From Naegleria gruberi (lineage: Eukaryota), in assembly GCA_000004985.1 (NCBI GenBank), contig GG738871.1: a DNA stretch of 64,000 nt. The stretch is one strand, 5' to 3'. Within the stretch, counting starts at the first letter, position 1. Each line of letters begins with the position of its first letter. The notes under the pieces are model-generated. The model saw nothing but the letters and a program-made list of their open reading frames with translations, was not told where the DNA came from and searched no databases. The translations under genes and the position numbers were made by a program. Below, piece by piece: positions 42,770 to 55,139 of the stretch.

Positions 42770-45700
42770 TCAATAAAAGACAACGCCAACAACCAACACG
42801 GTTGATATAAGAGCTACATTGCTAAACAGTGATATTGCTGAGGATAGACGTTCAGATCTGGAAGGTTCTGAAAGAGATTTGAGCACTGGAGGAGGTACAG
42901 AACTTGAACTTTTAGGGCTTGCAGATGGTTTGATTCTTTCCTTAATTGAGAGTGGATTCATTGTTTCGAAAGTGGTTGAAATTTGAGTGGAATTGTAATG
43001 CAAAGTTGTTTTGGCTGTTAGTGAACCCTTAGGAATTGAAGAAGGAATATTAAATATCATCTTGGAAAGCAATTCATATTGGAATATTTGGGAGGAAATT
43101 GATTGACCATTCAATAAGAAATCAACATTAATGTCAATTGTCTTATTCTTATAAAAATCAATGAATTGAGAGTCTTGAATGTTGATGGTTAAAGTTGTGG
43201 AGATTTCTCCTACGAAATCATTGGTACTATTGAATGAAATGGTCACGTCTGATTGATTAAAATATCTAAATTGACATTGATTACCAATATAATTTGTTCT
43301 GCATTGACAAGTGTCATAATTAACGCAATCTCCATGTGAATTACACACATTGGAATGATCTACAGATGATAAACCAAAGCAATAGGTCAAATTACATGCC
43401 AACCCATACCATCTACTCTCATCAAGACATTTGCAATTATCAAATGATTGACAAGTTCCATTTCTAAAATTGCAAACTTGTGAGCTAGCTTGTTCTATTC
43501 CAAAACATGATGTGAATTGGCAATCTGATCCATAATAACCATGAACACAATCGCAGCTGTTCACATCTGTGCAATTTCCTTTCCCGCTACATACAGAACT
43601 GTCATTTTGCAATATTCCACTACATTTGACAAGCTCACAATTGCTTCCACCATATCCATCACTGCAAGAACAATAATTTACCGCATCACAAGAACCATGT
43701 GAGCTACAAACTGTTGTAGAATTAAAAGCTACATGATTACATTTCCAATATTGACATTTCTCTCCAAAATAATTCGAATCACAAATACAATTATCAGTTG
43801 ACAAGCAAATTCCATTTCCAGAACATGATCTATTATTCATTTTCTCAATTCCAAAGCATAGTGGATTCTTTGGCTTGCAATCATTAGGTGCATAGCAAAA
43901 TTGGTCTGTATCATTGCATGCATTCGATTCATTGGCAAGAATTCCAAAACAAATTGGAAATTGACAAGTCGTGGCAGGTCCATATCCAGCAGAACAATTA
44001 CAATTATTATACGAAGGGCAAGATCCATGTCCAAAGCAAACATTTGCATTATCTGAAGCTATGGAATTGCAAGTGGTCTTTTCACAATTGGCTCCAAAAT
44101 AATCAGTTGAGCATTTACAATTATTTGGAGTCAAGCATTGACCTTTTGAAGAGCAGACTTGAGTATCATTCGAATATTTTCCATGGCAAATAGGAATTTC
44201 ACATTTAGAACCTATCCATCCAGGGTTACATTGACATGAATCTGGAGAAATACATGTTCCATTTCCATTATTACAAATGGCATTAGTTTGATTCGTAAAA
44301 ATTCCAAAACATTGAATGAGTTCACATTCTGCACCTCCATACCCATTATTGCAGTGACAGGTATCTACATTTGAACATGTACCTCTTCCTTTACATACTG
44401 AACTTGTTTCATTTTGAAGAATTCCAAAACATTTGACAAGTTCACAATTTGATCCTCCATAGTTAGCTTCACATTCACATAAATTCAATGATTTACAAAT
44501 ACCCCTTTTAGAACAAACATGTGTAGTGTTTGTTGACATAATTCCTGCACATTTGAAAATCTGACAATCATTTCCTCCATAACTATTCGAATCATAACAT
44601 TGACAAGTGTCAGGTGATAGACAGTCACCTCTTCCTAAACACTGGCTAGAATTACCGGCTAGAATACCATTACACTTTGGGATTGAACAAAATCTTCCTC
44701 CCCAATGAGTTTCATCATTACATTTGCAAATGTCATCTGCCAAACAATTTCCTCTTCCATTACAAACATTTTCCATGGTCGACAAAGTGCCATTACACTT
44801 CAAGATTTGACAGTCATTACCACCAAATGCATACGTATCGAAACATTGACATTGATTTGGGGAAATGCATTGACCTCTGGAATTGCAAACTGTTGGATCT
44901 GATGCTGATGTCAAATTACATTTTGGAACGTCACATTTCAATCCATTCCATTGAGATTGATCTCTACAGACACATGTATCATGAGATACACAATCACCTC
45001 TTCCTGAACAAACACTGCTTGTTTGATTTGCTATTATTCCAAAACATACTGGAATTTCACATTTCTCACCAACATATCTTGACGTGTTGAAGCATTGACA
45101 GGTATTAAGTGCAATACAAGAGCCATTTCCTGAACAAACTGTTTCATCATTTGCTAAAGTACCATTACATTTTGGAATTTCACAATTTTCACCTCCATAA
45201 TTAGAATTACATTTACAATAATTGTAACGTTCACAAATTCCATTACCATTACATGCAGTAGATGAGTTTGAAAACTTTCCAAAACATGTTGTTACTGTAC
45301 ACTCAGGTCCATAATAATTTTCATTACACATGCATGTATTCACATCAACACATGTTCCATTTCCATGACATGCTAAAAAAGGATATTTGCTTTCAGATGA
45401 TTTCCCATAACATTCAGGAAGACATGTTCTTCCATCACCACTCAACACATAACCAACACCATCACAATATGGATAAACCTTCTTAATCAATCCAGCAACA
45501 TCATCAGCAATATAAATCTCATTCTTATTCTCCCTCACAAAAACATTAAAAGGAGAATCCAAGTAACAATTCACTGGATCAGAATTGTCTGGACATCCAC
45601 TCGAGGAATTTGTACTTCCAGCAATGATTTCCACTTGTCTATTTTGAATCTTTTTAACCTGCTTCAATCCAGGATCAGCAACAAACAATTCATCATGTGC

Positions 45701-46504
45701 TGTGTAATATAATCCCATTGGATTATTCCATGGAGTGGCTGTGAAATTTGCATCATTGAATGGTGGATACTCTGGATAAGGATTCCAATCTGGAGTGCTA
45801 GCACTGAATATGGTGTATGTTTCAGGAAGAACTAATCTCATAATTTTCCCATAATAAATATAGTAAATGTCACCTGTTAGTGGTGATGCAACTATTCCAC
45901 CATCGGTAGGTGATAAACCACAATTAGTGAACCAGTTAAATGAATTATAATTTGCCAAACTATAGTAACCCACGCAATTGTTACCAACATCCATGAAAAG
46001 CAACCAATTGTGAAATTTATCGATGGAAAGCATCTTTCCAAAGTACATGACATCTAGAGGATCCCCTTGTAATAGTTGTTTTTCCATAGTTGAGTGCTCT
46101 TATTTTCATACTAAAATATTCAGATAGGTAGACTTTCTCTTGTGCTTCATCAACAGCAATAAAAGGTTGATCTATAAATCTTTCGTTTCGACTAGTTTAG
46201 AATAGTTTACTTACTGCCAAGAGGAGCCATAAAAACGCTCAAAGTTCCATTAAAAACAGTTCTAATTAATTTAAATAATTAGTAAACTGTGAAAAATCAC
46301 TTACAATATCCTATTTTTGTAATAGTTGTTTTCATTGTTGTGTTCTGCAATGAACATGTCTCCATTGGCCAACACATGTACTGCTCGTGGCATGTTCAAC
46401 GAGCTGACAGCTGTCGTGATTTTGAACTTGACATTTAATGCACTGCACATGCCCAACAAAAGCACGAGGACAAATGCAAATAAAAACGTAAGGTTATTAT
46501 GCAT
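42770..46504 (-). CDS. Second large type-I membrane protein: signal peptide, NHL-like region, ~22 tenascin-type EGF-like repeats, Ser-rich stalk, C-terminal TM (~1191 aa; exons 46504..46305, 46261..46215, 46098..42770)
   Basis: Exon 1 carries the signal peptide MHNNLTFLFAFVLVLLLGMCSA and FIAEHNNENNYYKNRI, followed by a 43-nt intron (GTAAGT..AATTAG). Exon 2 is 47 nt, followed by a 116-nt intron. Exon 3 enters the long ORF in phase at ...HSTMEKQLLQGDPLD. The C-terminal hydrophobic tail ISTVLVVGVVFY is likely a TM. Confidence 0.6.
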
Positions 46505-46736
46505 TTTTTTGTGGAGTCATGAAGATGCAACAACTATTTCACAAGTGCAAAAAAGAATGACATCTGAATGAATACTATCAATTTTAGAGAGTGAAAGTAA
46601 TGAACTAACGGTTCAATGTTCCATTTCAGACAATATTACAATAATATCACATATTATTCTCATGATTATTGGTTATACAATAGATTATGATTCAGCTTTG
46701 GATGAACTTTAAATTATACAATTAGATTAGATCTAA

Positions 46737-47198
46737 TTGGTTTGTTCCATTTGGATTTTGCATATTTTTCTATACGTTTACCAATTGAAATGTTACAAAT
46801 ATCACATACAACAAAACTTTTATCAATTAATAGAACATTATCAACAACACTTTCTTGTTATTAGTCAACATGTTACCACAGTGGAAGGACAGAAGAAGTT
46901 TTATGGTTTAGTTTATGTGGATTTTAATAAAAGGTATGTGTTGTATGATAATTTTCTATTATACGATAAACAGTTTAAGGTACCAATCTGCATGTTCACA
47001 AATCCCCCATTCACAAACCATGGCTGGTCAGGAATGCCGCAATCATCTATGAACGAGGAAACCTACAACGAAGCATGTTTCCAGTTCGATATCATGCTCA
47101 AGATATGTGACTACAGAGTCTTCATCTTGGTTAACCTCAAAGGTCAGATTGACTCAAAAAAGTCGAGTTTATGTAGTCCTACAGAAAAGATCCTGTAG
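46737..47198 (+). CDS. Hypothetical ORF (153 aa) containing an NPPF motif (FKVPICMFTNPPFTNHGW) reminiscent of N6-adenine methyltransferase motif IV; possibly a gene remnant
   Basis: ORF only. NPPF followed by MPQSSMNEETY...FILVN weakly resembles the MT-A70-like DPPW...FLWVTN arrangement, but the ORF ends soon after. No continuation found. Confidence 0.25.
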   Translation: MVCSIWILHIFLYVYQLKCYKYHIQQNFYQLIEHYQQHFLVISQHVTTVEGQKKFYGLVYVDFNKRYVLYDNFLLYDKQFKVPICMFTNPPFTNHGWSGMPQSSMNEETYNEACFQFDIMLKICDYRVFILVNLKGQIDSKKSSLCSPTEKIL

Positions 47199-47566
47199 AA
47201 GTACAGTCAATGGTTTTATCCAATTTGTTAGAGTGAGGGGATGATATTGGCTTGGAAAGTGTGTCGGGTGGTGAGGGAAAGTTATGGTTCAATTTATGAA
47301 GGTGAGAAAAATAGAGAAAAACTAAATTCAAGAAAAAGTTTGAGGTTTGAAGAAGGAGAATTTTAAGATTGAAGAAGGTGTGGTATTAGCTAATATTTGC
47401 CATGCATGCTAAGTTACATATAGATAATAGATTACACACAAATTTTACAAATATTGGGTTTGTAACAATTTAAAAGAGTTTATATGTATGAATCAAACTG
47501 TGAAGCAGGGGCTTATCAGCCGAATGAAATATGATAAATTTAGTGTATTTTCATTATGAATGTGAA

Positions 47567-47647
47567 GCAGGGGTTCCCGAGTGGTCAAAGGGGGTAGACT
47601 CAAGTTCTACTGCGCAAGCTTCGTGGGTTCAAATCTCACCTTCTGCA
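47567..47647 (+). tRNA. tRNA-Leu (anticodon CAA), class II with long variable arm
   Basis: GCAGGGG-TT-CCCGAGTGGTCAAAGGGG-GTAGA-CTCAAGT-TCTAC-TGCGCAAGCTTCG-TGGGT(GTGGG)-TTCAAAT-CTCAC-CTTCTGC-A. A 7-bp acceptor stem with two G·U pairs. Anticodon loop CTCAAGT. T-loop TTCAAAT. Long variable arm. Confidence 0.8.
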
Positions 47648-47906
47648 GCTTTTATTTCTTTTTCTTTTGCCTTAATGACTTTTCCTTATTTTTAAATTGA
47701 AAGATATTTCCCAATATGTCAAGTTCTTGATCTGAAAAAATTGTTTTCTTATCTCTTCTATTTAAAAAGATAATCAACAATGATGACCACTACCAATATT
47801 TCCTTTAAAAAATATGTGCTAAAATTCCATTTCGCTTGAAGTCAATCCATGATTGTCATGCACAAGATTTGAGAAAAAGGCAATTTATTACTAAATGTTA
47901 AAACTC

Positions 47907-50471
47907 TTATTGTTTAGGCATTGTATCACAGTAATCTGTATAGAGTGGTATGTCTTCCTTGAGGCCCTTTCTCTTTCTGATAGATTTGATGAGCTTGTGA
48001 ACTTTAGATTGAGGATCATAAACATTGTCTTCCATAACTTTCCAATGACTGAAACTACATTGAGGGAAAGCTTGTCCTTGAGTCACACCTCTCAACTCTT
48101 CTGTTAAACCGAAACTTTCCAGCACAGGTAAAGAACCTGTAATACTAACGAGAGGAGTACCAATTACCATTTCAGTAGATTTGATAACACCTCTCCTATT
48201 AGAAATGACACTATAGACAGAACCCATTACTGATTGAGGACATTGAACTTCAACAAGATACATTGGTTCAACTAACTTTGGATCAGCTCTCAATTGACTA
48301 GCAGTCATGACACGTGATGTTGCTTGGAGAATTTGACCAGCTCCACGATGGATAGAATCTGCATGAAGATTACAATCATTAAATTTGAATAATACACCTC
48401 TCATTGCTTCATCACACAAACCTCCCGAAGAACTGCTTTGTTGGAAACTAGTGACAACATATTGTTGAATTTCATTAATATAGTCAACTGATTTGGTTGC
48501 ATTAACCAAAATGTTGCTACCCTTGTCAGCTTCAGGCCCAAAGCTCCAAATTCTCTTTGTTATGCTAGGATCCCATTCAAAGTCAATTTCTAAAATCTTG
48601 GCTCTCTTATTTTGATCATCCATTGGCAATTGACCTTCCTTAATCATTTCAATTAATTCCTCACTGATTGGTTCAGCTTGCATGTATAAACGATTGTGAC
48701 CGTTAGCACTTCTGGCCATGACCATATCACCATTCTTATTTGAAACTGTTTCGTGGAAAGTGACAACAGGAGGAGATTTTTTAATTTGAATTCCTCTGGC
48801 ATATTCTTCTTCTAAATTCTTTAAACAAATTTCCAAATGCAATTCACCTGCTGTTCCTAGAATATGTTGACCACTATCATTTTGCTTACATTCCAATAGA
48901 GGATCACTTTGAACGAGACGTTTCAAACCTTCAACAAATCGAGATAAATCAGCTGGATTGGCTGGTTCAACTCCCATTTGAACTACAGGACTCACAGAGT
49001 ATTTCATATTCTTAATTGGCATACATGCAACTTGTCCTTCTTCTGTCAATGTACATGATTTGATAATGTACTTGTCAAGACCAACAATACCGACGATGGC
49101 ACCACAAGAAGCTTGAGTTATGCTTTCAGTATTTTTACCAACCATTACTAACAATCTTTGAATGCTTGTATGGAAAACATCTTTCTTAGCAATTGGATCA
49201 TAGTTAGGACCTAGAATTCTCACCTTAGTTGATTGAGTCAAACTACCAGAGAAAATACGGGCTAAAGCAATAAAACGACCAACATTATTACTCATACTAG
49301 AGCTAGTATTAGAGTGCATAGGTACCATCTTACTGACATAAACAACTAGTGGTGCATTCGGATCACATTCCTTAATACCAGTAGCGTATGGATCTGTCAA
49401 ATCTTCACCGGTGTAGAGATTATCATACCTTACCTTTTGAGCTTCCTTAGGAGAAGGTAAATGGTTGATAATCATTTGAACTAGAGGTTTGTGAGCTGGG
49501 AGGAACTTTCTCATGATTGATTTAGCTAAAAGTTTCGGCTCTTTTCTCTTTTCTTCTTTCGTCAGAGGTATAGACAATGCGCTGATGATATTTTCCAAAT
49601 CTGTTGACAAAATACCTTCACTAGAAATTTCATGTTCTCTAACCAACTTGAAAATCTTGAAAATAGGTTCTAAAATGAATTCACAGAAAGTGTGCTTCAA
49701 TTGTTCACCACTTGTCGATGAATAAGGTTCAGTGGTAAACTTCTTAGTTGAGTGATCATAATAATTTTCACCCCATAATTTGTTAATAACCTTCTCAACA
49801 GGAAGTTTAAACTTCTTGCTATATAATTGAGCGAATTGCTCCAAAGTGAAAGCCCAACCCATCTTACCTGATCCAAAAGCAATGTTACAGTCAACTGGAT
49901 CAACAGAAACTGACTCATCAGAGTAAGTTGATAATAGAGCATTCACAGACTCGATAATTCTTAAAAAGTTTTGATAACTTTCTTCTTCAGTAAATTGCAT
50001 TTCTTCAATCAAACGGTCAACCTTGTTAATGAAGAGAACAGGACGAATTCTTTCTTGAAGAGATTGTCTAATTACTGTTTCAGTTTGACCTCTACAACCT
50101 TCAGCAGCGTCAACAATCAACACTGCACCATCAGTAATTCTCAAAGCTGTACTAACTTCAGATGAGAAATCAATATGACCTGGACAATCGATCAAATTAA
50201 CCAAGTGGTGATCATTCTCCTTGTCTGGATTTTCTAATACCATACTCAAACTTGTTGATTTAATGGTAATACCCTTTTCAATTTCATTCTTATCTACGTC
50301 GCAAACTCTCTTCTCACCTGCAGCATCTTCATCCACTAAACCAGCTGCTAAAGCCAATTGATCAGTGAGTGTTGATTTACCATGATCAACGTGAGCAATA
50401 ATACTAATGTTACGAATCTTGTTACTGTCGAGTAAGAGCCTTTCGAGTATTTCTTTACTGAACTTGACCAT
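47907..50471 (-). CDS. Elongation factor 2 (EF-2/EF-G family) GTPase, divergent; 854 aa, single exon
   Basis: G-domain NIRNISIIAHVDHGKSTLTD, GITIKST, NLIDCPGHIDF and INKVDR. Domain IV diphthamide-region HADSIHRGAGQILQAT (EF-2 has HADAIHRGGGQIIPT). C-terminal GQAFPQCSFSHW...RKRKGLKEDIP closely parallels EF-2 (GQAFPQCVFDHW...RKRKGLKEGIP). Confidence 0.85.
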   Translation of the reverse strand: MVKFSKEILERLLLDSNKIRNISIIAHVDHGKSTLTDQLALAAGLVDEDAAGEKRVCDVDKNEIEKGITIKSTSLSMVLENPDKENDHHLVNLIDCPGHIDFSSEVSTALRITDGAVLIVDAAEGCRGQTETVIRQSLQERIRPVLFINKVDRLIEEMQFTEEESYQNFLRIIESVNALLSTYSDESVSVDPVDCNIAFGSGKMGWAFTLEQFAQLYSKKFKLPVEKVINKLWGENYYDHSTKKFTTEPYSSTSGEQLKHTFCEFILEPIFKIFKLVREHEISSEGILSTDLENIISALSIPLTKEEKRKEPKLLAKSIMRKFLPAHKPLVQMIINHLPSPKEAQKVRYDNLYTGEDLTDPYATGIKECDPNAPLVVYVSKMVPMHSNTSSSMSNNVGRFIALARIFSGSLTQSTKVRILGPNYDPIAKKDVFHTSIQRLLVMVGKNTESITQASCGAIVGIVGLDKYIIKSCTLTEEGQVACMPIKNMKYSVSPVVQMGVEPANPADLSRFVEGLKRLVQSDPLLECKQNDSGQHILGTAGELHLEICLKNLEEEYARGIQIKKSPPVVTFHETVSNKNGDMVMARSANGHNRLYMQAEPISEELIEMIKEGQLPMDDQNKRAKILEIDFEWDPSITKRIWSFGPEADKGSNILVNATKSVDYINEIQQYVVTSFQQSSSSGGLCDEAMRGVLFKFNDCNLHADSIHRGAGQILQATSRVMTASQLRADPKLVEPMYLVEVQCPQSVMGSVYSVISNRRGVIKSTEMVIGTPLVSITGSLPVLESFGLTEELRGVTQGQAFPQCSFSHWKVMEDNVYDPQSKVHKLIKSIRKRKGLKEDIPLYTDYCDTMPKQ

Positions 50472-51058
50472 ATTTTAAATCTGTATTTGAATATTGTGCT
50501 GAATGAGCTGTTTGTTAATTTGTTTTTTTTGTTTGGTTTGATGGAGTGAGAATACCTTGAGAGCTGTTTAAATAGCTAAATTTGCTTGTTTTCAATTTGA
50601 ACCTCCACCACAGCTTCACTTTCAGACTTGTGTGTGTTTGAATTTGAACCTGATTCACTTACGAAAATGAACCTCTTCTTCAATTTCAAATATGCACATT
50701 CATTTTCATATTCTTGTGTGCTGTTGCTTTGTATAATTTAAAAATAGAGTGGTTCAAATTCGCAAATTCAAGTTAAAATTGATCATGATTGCAATATTAA
50801 TATTCTTCTTTTTTACAATTAATTAAATATTATTTAATTCTCCTCCGAATCAGAGCCAGAAAACGTTGCAATTTTTTAGTTTATTAATTTTTTCTCGAGA
50901 AGCGTGGTGGAAATTAAGCTTTGATCGGAATGACAACAAACTAACACCTTCATCAAAGCATGAATATTTATGATATTATTATTCGCAGTTAACTGCAATT
51001 TCAAAATCTCTGAGAATAAGAATCTCATCCACACCAATGAAACTAACGATTTAAAAAA

Positions 51059-51553
51059 ATGTCAAACTTTGTTGATCTGCCATCCGAGTTGCAAATTGAA
51101 ATATTTTCCATTCTCTCTGTTAAACATTTGAGAAATATTCTTTCAATTAACAAATCAATTCATGAGCAATTGATTCAATCAGAAACATTTTGGAGAACCT
51201 TGATCAAGAATTATTCGAAAGTGATCGGAGAAAGTGCTTATGGAGTTGAACAAGCATCACAAGAATTATTCGAAATTGAAAATGTCAAGAAACAGTTAAT
51301 TGAAATGATAGAAATAAAAAAGAGAAAAACTAAACAATTCCAACAGATGTCTATGGAATTAGAATACATGTTAAGAGAATTAGAAATGGTTCAGAGAGAA
51401 ATGAATGCACGAAATGAAAGTACTTTGCTATTGGGAGGAAACATCAGTGATCAATTCAAAAATCGAATTGAAAGTTTGAAGCAAAAAGGTGAAAGTGTGA
51501 AAAAGGAAAAGGAAGAAATTGCAGAAAAGTTAAAGAAAACGATTATTGATTAA
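51059..51553 (+). CDS. F-box + coiled-coil protein, 164 aa
   Basis: N-terminal F-box LPSELQIEIFSILSVKHLRNILSINKSIHEQLIQSETFWRTL. C-terminal heptad-rich, Lys/Glu-rich region. Confidence 0.5.
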   Translation: MSNFVDLPSELQIEIFSILSVKHLRNILSINKSIHEQLIQSETFWRTLIKNYSKVIGESAYGVEQASQELFEIENVKKQLIEMIEIKKRKTKQFQQMSMELEYMLRELEMVQREMNARNESTLLLGGNISDQFKNRIESLKQKGESVKKEKEEIAEKLKKTIID

Positions 51554-51607
51554 ATCCAAGCTCTGCAAATAAAGAAATCTGTGAATAATATGGCAAACAA
51601 AACTATC

Positions 51608-51679
51608 CTCCCATGCCGGGAATTGAACCCGGACCTCCTGGGTGAAAGCCAGGTATCCTAGCCATTGGACTACACGGGA
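51608..51679 (-). tRNA. tRNA-Glu (anticodon UUC)
   Basis: Reverse complement reads TCCCGTG-TAGTCCAATGGCTAGGATA-CCTGG-CTTTCAC-CCAGG-AGGT-CCGGG-TTCAATT-CCCGG-CATGGGA-G (72 nt). It is near-identical in layout to eukaryotic tRNA-Glu(UUC). Confidence 0.85.
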
Positions 51680-52159
51680 ATATATTCAACAGGTAAATGT
51701 ACCCTTAATGGACTAAAAGGAAAATGCTGTGAGCAAAAAGATTGCTGCTCTACTTAGTTTTTTTTTCACTTAATGATTTAGACGGGAAGCCTGCCGGGAA
51801 TATGGCGACTGTCCCGCTACAGTCTTTGACTGTATGAACTGTGAGGTACGTCGTCTTTCGAGTCAGTAAGAGAGAGTGATTGGAGGAAGAGGCACTGAGT
51901 AAGTTTATTCATTGATTTTTAAATTGATCACCTAGATAAAAAGTATTTTGGTTAAAAAAATTCATAATTGCTTTGATCTCTATGTTTAACAAGTATTACA
52001 ATCGAATCTAAAGTTACAAGGAAAAGTTTCAGCCACGTTAAAACTCAACTGTTAAATTGATGAACATTGTCTAAACTTTATGAGATAGTCAACAATGAAA
52101 ATAAGCAATATTGGAATTCCACTGAAATGAAGATTATTTACATGTTAGTTTTTTAATAT

Positions 52160-52696
52160 TTACAATTTGTTGGATAACCAATCCAATCCCTCGAATAAAC
52201 CAGAACCATTCAAAGCACTACATGGCTGTATGTACCAATCTTGCTTGATTGAATTTAATTGTAGATTCTTTGCAATATCTGTGACATTAGCAGCTCTCGG
52301 TAAATCTTGCTTATTAGCCCACACCAATAACTTGGCATTTGACAATGATGGATCCTCCATCACTTTATGCAATGTTTCTGACACTTCTTCAAATCTCTCT
52401 CTATCATTCGAATCTACAATGAAAATCACAGCATCTGTTCCATTGTAATAGTGTCTCCACAAGGTTCTAATCATATCCTGACCACCAATGTCAAAAACTC
52501 TGAATTGAACTCTCTTGTATTGAATCACTTCGGCATTGAAACCAATGGTAGGTATAGTACTGACATTCTCATCTAATTGTATCTTGTACAGAGTTGAGGT
52601 TTTACCAGCTGCATCCAAACCTAGGAAGAGAATTTTGGCTTCCTTTTGTTCGAATAAGGACAAGCCCTTGATCATGTTAGAAAGTAATTGACCCAT
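52160..52696 (-). CDS. ARF-family small GTPase (ARF-like), 178 aa
   Basis: N-terminal MG (myristoylation site). G1 [15 protein letters not shown] switch region. WDIGGQ-type FDIGGQD. NKQDL. CSA. Single exon. Confidence 0.85.
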   Translation of the reverse strand: MGQLLSNMIKGLSLFEQKEAKILFLGLDAAGKTSTLYKIQLDENVSTIPTIGFNAEVIQYKRVQFRVFDIGGQDMIRTLWRHYYNGTDAVIFIVDSNDRERFEEVSETLHKVMEDPSLSNAKLLVWANKQDLPRAANVTDIAKNLQLNSIKQDWYIQPCSALNGSGLFEGLDWLSNKL

Positions 52697-53671
52697 TTTT
52701 GAATTAATTATTGAAGAATGATATAATTGAAGTTTTGTTGTTTTTTTTCAAATTGTTGTTGAGTAATTTTCAGTAATATTCTGCAGTTTTAAAGTGAAAT
52801 CCACGCAATTCTGTCGTCATCATTTTTTTGTAAACTTGAAAAATGTCGTCAGCAGCAGATAAATATAGATTGTCTTGTAAATTTACCATAGTAGTGTTTG
52901 GTGTAGTGACAAAGCTCAAAAAGCTATTGACTCGACAATCACGTGATTATGTGTTAATGTTTCAATTGAAAACATGAAAGAATAAAAGCAAAAGTTAATT
53001 TTGTAAAAAGACTACAGCACCACAGGTTCCCAAGTTGTCTCCAACCTCAGTACTGATGTGGCTCGACGATGTTTAACTTCTCAAATCGGACGGGATGAGG
53101 TGCATTCATCGTGATATGGCCGTAGCCATCAACAACCATAATTTCTGAAATATAAATCTACTACTAAAAGAAGCTCTACTGTGAATCACAAACATCAATT
53201 CCAATAGCTAATATATAAGGTGACTACCAAGAGTTTTTTGGAGTGTATCAATTTATTTCTCACTCCATTTAGACAAGTACTACAAGTCTTCATTGCATAA
53301 TTTAACTTTAATCAAATTATCATTCAATATCCTTTAGGCTTTAACCAATCTCCGGAGGTTCAATTCATTCAAATCTTCATCAATGTATTTGGTACCAATG
53401 ATGACAACAACTCAGTAATCATTATCTATGTCCGCAGAAAATAAATGGCTTACATCAGCCATGACTCTTATGTTGCGTTCTTGTTGTTCGCTCCTTCTTG
53501 CTGCGGTTCTCTTCCTGTGTGACTCAACAACGATAAATTGTAAATCGAAAAAGACTTTAAAAAAAAATCAAGCCTAGGAGAAGCTACTCACTTTCTATCA
53601 ACATAGCTTGTAAATTCACACACCCTCTGCTTGTCTGTTCAAACTAGTAATTTTCGTGCGATCAAATCGAA

Positions 53672-54977
53672 ATGCTGATTTATTTGATACTTCCTGTAGC
53701 CTTGGCTGCGGTTGTCTTTTTCTACTTGAATTCCAACTCTAAACGTATGTTTTTAATCTCATCGTAGAAGAGAAAAATTAATCTTTTTGTCATCAATAGA
53801 TCAAAATGTTGTTATCAAGTCTGATTTATTAACAACAAAACCTGTTGCTCCAAAGAAGAAGGATGATAAGAAAAAGGTTGCCAAAGTTGTTCTTGCTGAG
53901 GATGATATTGTTGAAGCATCAAATGCCGAAATGACTGAAATTGATGTTGCCGAAATGTATGGATTAAACAAGAAGAAGAAGAAGCCTGTTGTTGAAGTTA
54001 CCAAGAAGAAGCCTGCTGCCAAGAAGGATACCAAGAAGCAACAACAACAACAAGCTCAACCTGAAACCACTGAAGGTGCTGAAGGTTTTCTCCTTGTTAA
54101 AAAGCCAGAATTAACTGGTCGTAAGAAGGAAGACAAGCCAAAGAAGGTTGAAAAGCCAAAGAAGAAGGATGAAAACAAGTCCATCTTTAGAAAGCTTGTT
54201 ACTGACGATTCTGCTAAACCTGCTGGTGAAAAGAAGGAAGAAGTCGAAGCTGAACCACAAGAAGAAAAGAAGACTGAAAAGAAGGATAAGAAGTCTGAAA
54301 AGGTTGAAAAATCTGAAGATAAGAAATCCGAAAAGAAGTCAAAGGAAGAAAAGAGTGGTAAGGACAAGAAGAAGGCTGAAACAAGTGCATCAGTCGATGA
54401 AACTGAAAGCCCAGTCACTCCTGTTGTTGTTGAAGAAAAGAAACCAGAAAGAAAGCCAGTCACTGTTGTCAAGGATCCATATGAAACTGTTGATGATTTC
54501 TGGGGTGATAATGTTAAACAAGTTCAACCAAAGCCTCCAAGAGAACCAAGAGAAAATAAGGAAAAGAAGGAACCAAGAGAACCAAGAGAACCAAAAGAAA
54601 ATAAGGAACCAAGAGAACAAAAGGAACCAAAGGAAAAGAAGGCTAGAGAACCAAGAGAACAAAAGGAACAAAGAGAACCAAAGAAGAAGGATATTGTTTT
54701 GACAAAGGAAAAGAAGGAACCAAAGGAACAAAAGGCCTCAGTTAAGATCTTTAACCAAGTTGAATCTTCTGCCACATGGAACATTGCCTCTTCTGAATCT
54801 CCAGTTTCTGCACCAGAATCTGGAAATTCTGACTTCCCAAAGTTTGGTGAAAAGGTTAAGAAGGTTAAGCCTGCTAAACAACCTGTTGCTTCATCATCAA
54901 CTGATGTTGCCACTCCAACTGAAGTTGTTGAATCAACTCCAACTGAGGAAGTTAAATCAGAAGAAGAACAACAATAA
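53672..54977 (+). CDS. Lys/Glu-rich low-complexity protein with N-terminal signal-anchor and PREPKE-type tandem repeats, 2 exons (53672..53744, 53800..54977)
   Basis: Exon 1 MLIYLILPVALAAVVFFYLNSNSK ends with a GTATGT donor. A 55-nt intron with acceptor CAATAG joins the long ORF 53787..54977 in phase. Repeats of EPREPKE/KEKKEPRE lie at 54540..54720. Confidence 0.4.
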
Positions 54978-55139
54978 GGAATTTTAGTTTAAAACTAAGC
55001 AATTTTTAATTTTTCACACCACATGTAAATTTATAAATTATATAAATAATTTTGTTAAATATTAAATAATAATAATTATTCAATTTATTTTAATATTTAC
55101 ACAACTGATTGATTGGCTATTAATAAATTGTAAGAAAAA

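Noticed and set aside
52900-53130. Possible box C/D snoRNA (CTGATG ... CGTGATATGG ... CTGA-like boxes) in the ORF-free stretch upstream of 53672
   Set aside because: The box matches are weak (no clean RUGAUGA/CUGA pair with terminal stem), so it was not called.
54056-54913. Several overlapping ORFs in other frames and on the opposite strand across the K/E-rich repeat gene, and 36616..36840/36632..37039 across the basic repeat gene
   Set aside because: Low-complexity purine/pyrimidine-rich repeats are open in multiple frames; no independent support.
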